A stretch of 64,000 nucleotides of DNA from Candidatus Krumholzibacteriota bacterium (GTDB taxonomy: Bacteria > Krumholzibacteriota > Krumholzibacteriia > JAJRXK01): contig CAVXTH010000003.1 of assembly GCA_963764625.1 (NCBI GenBank), positions 1 to 64,000 of the forward strand. The letters are read 5' to 3'. Shown here piece after piece: positions 1 to 8,638 of this stretch. Below the pieces are notes generated by a model, which was not told the DNA's origin, made no database searches, and saw only the letters and a list, made by a program, of their open reading frames with translations. Position numbers and translations under genes: made by a program. Numbering within the stretch: the stretch's first letter is position 1; each line of letters starts with the position of its first letter.

Positions 1-2431
1 AGCACCGAGGTCGTGCTGATGATAACCTTGCCCCAATCTGTTCCGGCGCCCTCGAGCTTCGTGGGCACGACGATCGTCGAACCGGTGTCCACGGATGGAT
101 CCCACCAGAACTTCTTCACCTTGGCCGAGAGACCATTGGGGTAGATCACGTGGGTGCGACCTTTGTCGGCCGTTGCGAACTGTATCCACCGGCGCGATTC
201 ACGTAGTCGCCGATGCTGCTGCCACTCTCGTAGATCACGCTGGTGGGGAAGTTCACCGCACCGGTCACTTTCACGCTCATCTTGACCGGCGGCACGTTGA
301 TCTCGTCGCCGGCCTCCATCACCATGTCGTTCTTTCCACCGGGATGTTTCAGGGCATTTTTCAGATCGAGTCCGACATTTCCGGAGTTGTCCTGACTTCG
401 CAGCAAGCGAAAACCTTCGGGTGAGGCGGAGTCGAGCAACCCTCCCGCGCGCTCGATCACGCTGCTGAGGCGCTCTTCCCGCGAGAGCAGTGTGTAAACC
501 CCGGGGTACTTGACCTCGCCGCGCACCGTCACGTTGCGCTGCAGCTCCCAGCCGGGAATGAGCCTGATGAACACGTTGTCGTGGTTCTGCAGCTCGAAGT
601 GATCGGCGTCGCCTCCCCCCAGCCCTCCACCGAGTCCCACAGTGATGACGTTCGCCAACTTGTCCAGGCTGTCCCCATTGGGTGGGTCGAGCCGGCTCAC
701 CTGGGCCTGTGTAGCCTCCGCTCCCTCGGTGAGTCCTCCCGCGCGCAGAACCAAGTCGCGCAAGGTCATTCCCTCGTAGAACACGTAGGTGCCCGGATTG
801 CGTACCTGGCCCGCAATGACCACCCGATACTCCGGCTCCAGAATTCGCCGTGAGAACACCACCAAACTGTCCATGGGTGCCAGAGGCAGATCGGCACTGG
901 AGTCCGTCGCGGCCGCCACCAGACTCACCGGGAAACTCTCGCGGCTGTAGTTGTCCTTCACGCGCACCAGAAGAGCACGATCGAGCAGAGCGTCTCGCCA
1001 CGGCCCCTTGGCCTGCTTGATCAGGTCGGTGAGGTGCATCCCCCGCTCGAAGCCATAGCGCCCCGGCGACACCACGCTTCCCGTCACAGCCACGTAACGT
1101 TCGGCCCTGGAGTTGATGCGCAGCACGCTGACGATGTCGCCATCATCCAGCTCGATCATGGGAGCATTCTCGTCGAAGTAGCCTTCCAGCGGGGCGTCGA
1201 GATCGATCCGGTCGAGCCCCCCCTCTTTCCGTTTCTCCGGAGGAAGAATGCGCCGGATGACCGCGATGTCCGCCCGCGCTTCGGGCGCGAGCCCGCCAGC
1301 GTACCGCAGCACGTGACGAAGTCCCTCACCCTCGGTCAGCTCGTAGCGTCGGTTACGCCGCACCGGCCCGGTGACCGCCACGATCTTTCCTGCAGTGGGC
1401 AGGAAGACGGTGTCGCCCTCCTTCAATACCATGTCGCCCTCGCGCTTGCCCTCGAGCAGATAGCGATAGAGATCGAGGTGCGAGATGATCTGGTTGTCGC
1501 GGATGAGCTGGACGTCGCGCATCGAACCGATCGGGCTCGGGCCGCCCGCCGCGTAGAGCGCCTGGGTCATCGTCGAAACTGAAGAGACCTTGTATCCGCC
1601 CGGCCGGCGCGCCTCCCCAATGACGAACACGCGGATCGAGCGCAAGCTCCCGAGACTCACGTCGACGTGAGTGCTGCCGTTGCCCTTCGTTTTCACACCG
1701 CTGTACACGGTGGACAGGCGGCGCACGATATTCCGTTTCGCCGCCTCGAGGGTCTCCCCCGCCACATTCACCTGGCCGGCGTCCGTCAGCAGAATCGATC
1801 CCCGGCGGTCGACGGTGTAGAGATGACGGGAAGACACTTCGCCCCACAGCTCGATCACGAGTTCGTCGCCGGCGCCGATGGTGTAGTCCTGCGGAACCGG
1901 ACCGTAGGTGGCGGGCTCGAAGGTCGCCGGCGCCAGGTCGAAGAGCGCGCTGCCGAACAGGGGAAGCTTCATGGGTGGTGTTCCGGCCGGCGGATTGGGG
2001 GCCGGATTGGTCGGAGCGGCCTCGCCACCCGCAGCCGCCGGGCTTCCTCCCAGAGTCTTGGGGGTCACCGTATCGTCGACGTTCTTGGGGACGGGCTCGA
2101 TGTCCGCCTCACTCTCCTGGGGCTTCGCGGTCTCGGTCGCACCCAAGAGCTGCAAGATCTTCTGGCGGTCCTCGGGAGTCAGGTTTCCCGCCCGCGATTG
2201 GGCGGCGCTGAGTTCGGCTTCGGAGAGACTCTGCGCCACGGCCACGCTCGCATTCAGGAGCGCCAACACGCCGATGAGAAGCGCCAGAAGGAACGAACGG
2301 AGGTGGATTCGAGATGGCTTGGTAGATCTGAACATGGGGCTGGTTCCGCCGCGGCGCGGCGCGGCGGTGGCACTGGTCTGGGTTTGGGGCCGTGTCCTCG
2401 AAGCAATCGAGGATTCACTGCGTCCGGACAC
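1..2431 (-). CDS. SLBB-repeat polysaccharide export protein (Wza/KpsD-like); frameshift near 165-180; runs off the left edge
   Basis: Signal peptide after the alternative start at 2335, Poly_export motif (DYTIGAGDEL...WGEV) and several SLBB repeats (V.GEV..PG.Y, L..AGG). After YVNRAGGY the canonical continuation ADKGRTHVIYPNG...WWDPSVDTGSTIVVP lies in another frame that is open to base 1. Confidence 0.85.
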
Positions 2432-2569
2432 TCTACTTCAGGCCCCTGGATGTGCCAACAGGGGATTTCCCCGACCCAATTCGGCCGAAGTCGGGCTCCA
2501 ATCGCCCCTTTCTCGGGCTTTTTCGACCCTTGCTGGACGGGTGCAGGACGGCCCGCTACCCTGTGCGGG

Positions 2570-3350
2570 ATGAGCTCCCAGGTTCCAAGCAGTCCCGCGC
2601 CCGCAACAACAGCTTCTCAAGCCCTCCGCGCCCAGAGGGTTACGAAGCGCTACGGCGCAAAAACGGCCCTCCTATCGGTCTCCCTCGAGGTACGTCCGGG
2701 AGCGTGCGTCGCTCTGGTCGGCGAGAGCGGAGCCGGCAAGACCACCCTTCTGCGCTGCTTCAACCGCATGGTGATTCCCGAAGAGGGACGCATTACCGTC
2801 GGAGGCCGCGACATCGCCGTCGGCCCCCCCCACATGCTTCGACGCCGGCTGGGGTACGTCCCCCAGCACGGTGGACTGATGCCGCACTGGAGGGTGCTGC
2901 GCAACGTGGCCTTGGTTCCGCGTCTCTTGGGAATGCCCGATGCGGACGAACGTGCCCTGGCCGCCCTGGAGCGAACCGGACTCTCCGCGGCGGAGTTCGC
3001 GACGCGGTGGCCAGGATCTCTTTCGGGGGGACAGCGGCAGCGTGTCGCCCTGGCGCGCGCCTTGGCTGCCGATCCCGGAGTGCTACTTCTGGACGAGCCC
3101 TTCGGCGCCCTCGATGCGATCACCCGCGCGGAACTCCAGGAGTCCTTCGCCTCTCTCCGAAAGCAACTGAAGATCACCTCTCTGCTGGTCACCCACGATC
3201 TGCGCGAGGCCTTCCTCTTGGCCAGTACCATCGTGGTGCTGCGCGGAGGTCGAGTGCTGGTGGAAGACACACCGGAGCGACTGCGGGAGAATCCTCAAGG
3301 ATGGCTACGTGCGCGAGTTGCTGAAACACGCAGGAGTGCTGGGAGAATGA
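2570..3350 (+). CDS. Osmoprotectant (OpuA/ProV-like) ABC transporter ATP-binding subunit; probable 1-nt insertion near 3298
   Basis: Walker A GESGAGKT, signature LSGGQRQRV, Walker B LLLDEPFGALD and VTHD. The natural C-terminus DGYVRELLKHAGVLGE* lies in another frame, ending at TGA 3348-3350, which overlaps the next ATG. Confidence 0.85.
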
Positions 3351-4927
3351 AATCCACCTGGCTCGCCTGGATTCTCCTGCTTTCGTTCGTGCCGGCCGCG
3401 GTGGCTAAGGCCGCGCCGCCTGCTGCCGAGAGCATTCGCCCCATCCAGATCGGCTCCAAGCCCTTCGCCGAGAACTACCTTTTGGCCGAGATCTTCGCGC
3501 AGGTCCTCGAAGCGGCGGGATACGAAGTGGTGCGAAGGCCGGGATTGGGCTCCACCGAAATCACGTTCGCCGCACTGCGTTCAGGCGAGATCGACGTGTA
3601 TCCCGAGTACACCGGCACCGCCCTGCTCGCGATCCTCAAGGAGGCGCCGCAGTCCGACCCCCGCGAGGTGTATCGCCACGTCTGCCACGTGTTCGAGGAG
3701 CAATGGCAGCTTCACTGTCTGCCACCATTGGGATTCCAGAACACCTATGCGGTCTTGGTGCGCGAGGAGACGGCGAAGAAGCTCGGGCTCAACACCCTCA
3801 GCGATTTGGCCAAGGCCGCCCCTCGCCTGGTGGCCGGCCTCTCCCCCGATTTTCTCGGCCGGCCCGATGGTCTACCCGGTTTGGAGGAAGCGTACGGGAT
3901 GCACTTCAAGCAGACGCGTCCCCTCCTGCAAGCCCTCAAGTACCAGGCTCTGCAGGAAGGTGCGGTGGACGTCATCGACGGCTATTCGACCGATGGCCGG
4001 CTGGTGGATGCCAGAGTGAGGATTCTCAGAGACGACAAGGGATTCTTTCCGCCCTACGAGGCGATCCCTCTGGTCGGTCCGGAATTGTGGGAAAAGTATC
4101 CGCGCGCGGTCGAGGCCTTGGCTCAACTCGGCGGCCGCTTCGACGAATCGCAGATGCGCCACTGGAACGAACGTGTAGAAGTCGAGCGGGAAAGCGTGGA
4201 AAGCGTCGCGTCGGACGTGCTGACCGAACTCGGCCTGAACCAGCTCGAGGTGAAGCGCTCGCCCAAATCCCCGGGCACCAAATCGAGTTCCTTCCTAGGC
4301 TATCTCTGGGCCAAGAGAGCTCTCCTGCTGCGGTTGAGTGCAAGACATCTCTTCTTGGTGGCGGTCTCACTTTTCGCCGCGGTGCTTCTGGCGTTGCCGG
4401 CCGGTCTCGCGCTGGCGCGGATCCCGCGCATGGCGGAAGGCGTCATCCGCGGCGCCGGCGTGCTGCAGACTCTTCCCAGCATCGCGCTTCTTGCCTTCAT
4501 GATTCCGCTGCTCGGCATCGGCGTGGTGCCCGCACTCGCCGCGCTCTTTCTCTATTCGCTCTATCCGGTGCTGCGAAACACCTACACCGGAGTGCGCGAT
4601 GCCGATGAAGAAGCGGCGCGTGCCGCCACCGCGTTGGGGATGACGCCCTTCCAGGTGCTGCGTCAGGTGCGCCTTCCGCTGGCCGCGCCGGTGATCATGG
4701 CCGGCATCCGCACCGCGGCGGTCATCAACGTGGGAACGGCCACTCTGGCAGCGTTCATCGGTGCCGGCGGTCTCGGAGATCCCATCGTGAGCGGACTTGC
4801 CCTCAACGACACGCGCATGATTCTCTCCGGCGCGCTTCCCGCCGCGCTGCTCGCCTTGTTGGTGGATGGCGCATTGGCGCTCGTGGAACGGGCGGTGGCG
4901 CCCAGAGGCGTGCGTATCGGCTCCTGA
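3347..4927 (+). CDS. Glycine betaine/choline-type ABC transporter, substrate-binding domain fused to permease
   Basis: Signal peptide MKSTWLAWILLL, OpuAC motifs GSKPFAENYLLAE, IDVYPEYTGT and FFPPY, then a BPD permease domain (QTLPSIALLAF, AATALGMT, LAAFIGAGGLG). Confidence 0.9.
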   Translation: MKSTWLAWILLLSFVPAAVAKAAPPAAESIRPIQIGSKPFAENYLLAEIFAQVLEAAGYEVVRRPGLGSTEITFAALRSGEIDVYPEYTGTALLAILKEAPQSDPREVYRHVCHVFEEQWQLHCLPPLGFQNTYAVLVREETAKKLGLNTLSDLAKAAPRLVAGLSPDFLGRPDGLPGLEEAYGMHFKQTRPLLQALKYQALQEGAVDVIDGYSTDGRLVDARVRILRDDKGFFPPYEAIPLVGPELWEKYPRAVEALAQLGGRFDESQMRHWNERVEVERESVESVASDVLTELGLNQLEVKRSPKSPGTKSSSFLGYLWAKRALLLRLSARHLFLVAVSLFAAVLLALPAGLALARIPRMAEGVIRGAGVLQTLPSIALLAFMIPLLGIGVVPALAALFLYSLYPVLRNTYTGVRDADEEAARAATALGMTPFQVLRQVRLPLAAPVIMAGIRTAAVINVGTATLAAFIGAGGLGDPIVSGLALNDTRMILSGALPAALLALLVDGALALVERAVAPRGVRIGS

Positions 4928-4968
4928 ACATCTCCGTGATCGTGGAGGATTTCGTTGACCCTGCGGAA

Positions 4969-5286
4969 TCAGTGCGACGGATTCTCGTCCCGAAGCGTCA
5001 CGATGGTTGCACCCCATTCGCCTTCCCCACTCCCGCCCAGACGGTAGCTCACGACATAGGGGAGCCGTCCGAGAATGGCATGGACCGTCTCGCGCAGCGC
5101 TCCCGTCCCTTTGCCGTGAACGATCCGCACTTGGAGGATTCCGCGCGCGCGGCACTCTTCTAGATAGTCCGCTACAAGATCTCTTACTTCACGCGGCTGG
5201 AAGATGTGCAGGTCGAGGGTGCCATCGATCGGCATCTTCACCGGATCGCCCTCATCGCTTGGCCGATTGCATTCGTCCATGGGCAA
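4969..5286 (-). CDS. Stand-alone Smr/MutS-family domain protein
   Basis: LDLH, VRIVHGKGTGALR and GEWGATIV motifs. Confidence 0.9.
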   Translation of the reverse strand: MPMDECNRPSDEGDPVKMPIDGTLDLHIFQPREVRDLVADYLEECRARGILQVRIVHGKGTGALRETVHAILGRLPYVVSYRLGGSGEGEWGATIVTLRDENPSH

Positions 5287-5487
5287 ATCCTCACTGTTGT
5301 ACAGAGGAGATCGAGGCTAAATATCCTTCGTATACCGAAACGGTGTCCATGAGACCTCGCATAATTCTACTCACTAGTGGTAAGGTACCACCTGTGTTGG
5401 GTGGGGTTCAGGGGTGTTTTTTAACTCGCACGTGGCGGGAAGTCTCTTGCGAACAGCGGGGGATCTCCTGCGAAGAGAGGATTCGCA

Positions 5488-6198
5488 ATGAAGCGAATGC
5501 TATGTCTATCTATCCTCCTCCTCGTGCTCCCATCGATGGTCTCGGCAGCAGAGGTTTCCGGGATCTACACTTCCACCGATCTCGGTGGTTCACTCTATAC
5601 GGGTCGTGCTTCGACGTGGCGCTCGGGGATCAACTCAGGTCTTCCCCATGTCTTGCACGGCCAATCCTGGGACGGAGCCACTCTCGGATCGCAGTGGGAA
5701 ATCAGCTGCGCCGTCGAGAACTCCGCCTTCACGGTCGTGGACAATCGCGTGGGTGGCGTGGGTACAGTTGTGTACACTTCCCAGTTCACCGGCGGAACCT
5801 TCACATTCTTCCCTGGAGGCTGGCCTTGGGGTGACGGAAGCGGAACCCTGGGAGCCACGACCCTGATCACCACGGTGCAGTTCGTGCTGGACGTTAATGG
5901 CGTGAGCACTCCGGCGGCATCCGTGGTGAACGGAAACACCAGCGGCACCTTCGCTGACGGTTGCGCCCTCGTATTCGCAATCGGCAACGGCGCTGGCGCG
6001 GGAGAGACGACGAGTCTCAACCTGGGGATCACCAAACCCGCTGACTACCCGACCTTCCTCGATGGCAGCTGCGCGGCGGCTTCCCCGGGGCAGGAGTTCG
6101 GTTCGTGGGGAACGGTCGTGACCATCACGGTACAGATCGACTGCTCCGTGCCCGCGGAGAGAACGAGCTGGAGTGCCATGAAGGCGGCCTTCAAGTAG
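5488..6198 (+). CDS. Secreted Gly/Thr-rich hypothetical protein with C-terminal VPAERTSWSAMKAAFK motif
   Basis: RBS GAGGA upstream, Sec signal peptide MKRMLCLSILLLVLPSMVSA, beta-rich body with four Cys, amphipathic C-terminal tail. Confidence 0.8.
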   Translation: MKRMLCLSILLLVLPSMVSAAEVSGIYTSTDLGGSLYTGRASTWRSGINSGLPHVLHGQSWDGATLGSQWEISCAVENSAFTVVDNRVGGVGTVVYTSQFTGGTFTFFPGGWPWGDGSGTLGATTLITTVQFVLDVNGVSTPAASVVNGNTSGTFADGCALVFAIGNGAGAGETTSLNLGITKPADYPTFLDGSCAAASPGQEFGSWGTVVTITVQIDCSVPAERTSWSAMKAAFK

Positions 6199-6318
6199 CT
6201 GCCCTTCTCGGGCCTCGATCGCCCGCGTTCGCTCGCAGACGAACGCGTCGCACACCGCGTGCCCTTGGTCCTCCCGCGTGGGAAGGCCGAAGCCACGCGA
6301 GATACTTCCATTGGAAGG

Positions 6319-6345
6319 GGGCGCTGGAACACCAGCGCCCTTTCT
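6319..6345 (+). terminator. Probable intrinsic terminator
   Basis: GGGCGCTGG-AACA-CCAGCGCCC stem-loop followed by TTTCT, downstream of 5488..6198. Confidence 0.6.
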
Positions 6346-6364
6346 CGTACCTAATATGTGCCCG

Positions 6365-6443
6365 CAGCTTGGTGGACCCACAGCTTCGTGGATCCACAGC
6401 CTCGTGGACCCACAGCTTCGTGGACCCACAGCTTCGTGGATCC
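6365..6443. repeat. Tandem array of five 16-bp units (consensus CAGCTTCGTGGACCCA)
   Basis: Units start at 6365, 6381, 6397, 6413 and 6429, with 0-2 mismatches each and no spacers. Confidence 0.95.
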
Positions 6444-6499
6444 GGCGCGGCCGGAACGCGCGGTCCCTCCTTTCTCTCAATAAAACTTGGATCGGCCCC

Positions 6500-6528
6500 T
6501 TGCACACTACATCTGTTTGTAGTATCTT
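6500..6528 (+). promoter_or_regulatory. Sigma70-type promoter with a palindromic operator in the spacer
   Basis: -35 TTGCAC (6500-6505), 17-bp spacer, -10 TATCTT (6523-6528). Inverted repeat ACTACA-N6-TGTAGT at 6506-6523. Confidence 0.6.
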
Positions 6529-6573
6529 TCAATCCAGCACCACCACCATTGCCTCCCAGCTCTGGAGAGTGGC

Positions 6574-8610
6574 GTGTCCCATCACGATCGACAAGGAACC
6601 ATAGATCGGCTGCCCTCTCCCCGAACTTCGGCGTGGTTGCCGCAGCGTTCTCGCCAAGAGTCGCAGACTTTTCGCTCTTTCTGCGCTCGCTCTGAGCGGA
6701 GCGGGGCCCGCTCCCCTCATTCCCACACTGAGGCTGGCTCTCGCGCAAACGCCGGCATTTTCGACGAGTTGCGCGGCACCTTCGCCGCCTATCGCGCCGC
6801 CGACTCCCGGCTCCTTCTGCGCCTCTGTCTGGCCAGTGCCTATTTCATCGCGCTGCGGGGTCCCCGCTGGATGGCCCACTCGCAACGTGATTACGCCAAC
6901 GCGTTGCTCGGCGTGTCTCCGTCCACACTGCTGGAATGGGTACGAGTAGGTCGCCTGCTCTCTCAGCAGCCGCACCTGCGTGCCGAGTTTCGCGGCGGTC
7001 GCGTCTCGCTCCGCGCGCTCGATGGAATCGCACGCCATGGCTCGCCCGAGCTCGACGGCAGCGCCGGTGAGAAAAACGGTGACGCGGACGTGAACGGTAA
7101 CCTGAACGGTGACGTGAACCGTGTGACGTGAACCTTGACGTGAACGGTAACCTGAACGGTGACGTGAATGAGTCCGGCCGCGGCAAGAGCAATCAAGACC
7201 GCGTGGGTACCAACTCCGAACCGGCAACCACTCGCGCGGCGAGAGAGGACGAGTCCGGCGAACTCACCGACATCTCCTTTTCCGCACCCGTGCCGGCCGT
7301 TCTTTATCTGGAGGACTCCCTCGAGCTCGCGCGCGCGATGGTGGGACACGGCCAGGGCGACGAAGAAGCCCTCGCCGCCCTCCTCGCGGAGGCCGGCACT
7401 GAGGCCGCGCCCAATGTGGACGCGGCACGACGCGCGGCACCGATTCGGGGTTCGCAACAATCACACGAGCGGGAAAATGAATTCACAGCGAGCGGCGCGC
7501 GCGCTCCCCCATCCCAAGCTGCCCTTGCTCGGAGAGACAGCCCAACGTCGCTACGCCTTCCGTCTACACGCTCTTCTGCAGCGGCTCTTAGCGCGACGGA
7601 ATCGCCTCCGCGTGCGCCAAGAAGATCAGCTCTATGATTGGATGCTCGACGGCCTACATGAGCGCTGCGGGTACTCCAACTTCGAGCGCTTTGCGCGCGA
7701 GCTTCTCGACCTGCCGCAGTCGACGTGCACCGATCGCTTGCGCCGCGCCCGTGAGAGACGCCGGAAGCATCCCATCGCCCTCGCGCGCGCCAGAGGCAAG
7801 CTCTCCACCGTGCAGGCCGACCTCCTGGTGCGCCTCCATCGGCGCTGCCACGTTCCCGTCTCCGACCTGTGGAGGTGGATCCGCTACGCGCTTCGCCACA
7901 CCGTGCGCGGCCTGCGCGCCGCCATTGCCTGGGCCAAACGACAGCTCCTCACGGACTATCGCAAATGGTCTCTGGCCAACTGCTCTCCTCCGGACACGGA
8001 CCAACTCCGAACCGGCAACCACTCTCTAGAGGCACTCGTGCGGAATCCAGACGATGCGCGGGGCGATGCACAGGGTGGCCAGCTACACGAGGCGCTCTTG
8101 GCCTGGGCCGATTCTCCCCGAAGTACCGCGCGCTTCCGCCTCAGCCTCCAGACCCGGGATGATCTCCTGGTTCAGCTGGCGAGCGAGCAGGATCGCGTGC
8201 GAGCCCGAGCAGACGTTCCGGCGCCGCGACGGATCCCGGCTTGGCTGGCCCTGTGTCGCGTCTTCCATCGCGCGCGCAAGGTGTGGGCGGATCATCACCA
8301 GCCGCTTCCGGCTTCGCAGCGCCGCATCCTCGACCGCGATGGTTGGCACTGCGCCGCCCCGGAATGCACGCAGCGACACAATCTCCAAATCCATCACCTG
8401 CAGTATCGGGCGCGCGGTGGCGACAATCGCGATTCCAACCGCATCACACTCTGCGCCTTCCACCACCAGATCGGCGAACACCAAGGGCTCTTGCGTGTAC
8501 GGGGTAAAGTTGGGACCGACGGGACAGGGCTCACCTGGGAAATGGGTCTCGATGAGCACGGGCGCCCCTTCAGGATCTACCGCGATGAAAAGCTTTTGCT
8601 GTCGACCTGA
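6574..8610 (+). CDS. Long HNH endonuclease with DUF222-like helical modules, split over three ORFs by two frameshifts (~7122 and ~7410-7500)
   Basis: C-terminal RRILDRDGWHCAAPEC...QIHHLQYRARGG...NRITLCAFHH. Protein-like segments run in order through ORFs 6574..7131, 7128..7637 and 7168..8610. RBS GGAGAG precedes GTG 6574. Confidence 0.75.
7075..7168 (+). repeat. Coding 12-bp-period repeat (GACGTGAACGGT-like; D-V-N-G)
   Basis: Perfect 32-bp direct repeat at 7087-7118 and 7137-7168 within a degenerate 12-bp period. Confidence 0.9.
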
Positions 8611-8638
8611 GGCCGCGCTCCTTCGTCTTGGGCAATCG

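Noticed and set aside
1667-4927. Apparent 1086-aa triple fusion of ABC ATPase, binding protein and permease
   Set aside because: The first 300 codons are antisense to the SLBB gene or intergenic. The ATPase's natural end (DGYVRELL...GE*) is in another frame with an ATGA overlap at 3347-3350, so one extra base near 3298 explains the fusion.
6365-6443. CRISPR or TIGR-like guide array
   Set aside because: The units are contiguous 16-mers with no variable spacers, and no cas or Nop-domain gene is present.
6574-8610. IscB/Cas9-like RNA-guided nuclease
   Set aside because: No PLMP or split RuvC motifs are visible. There is only a C-terminal HNH behind helical modules.
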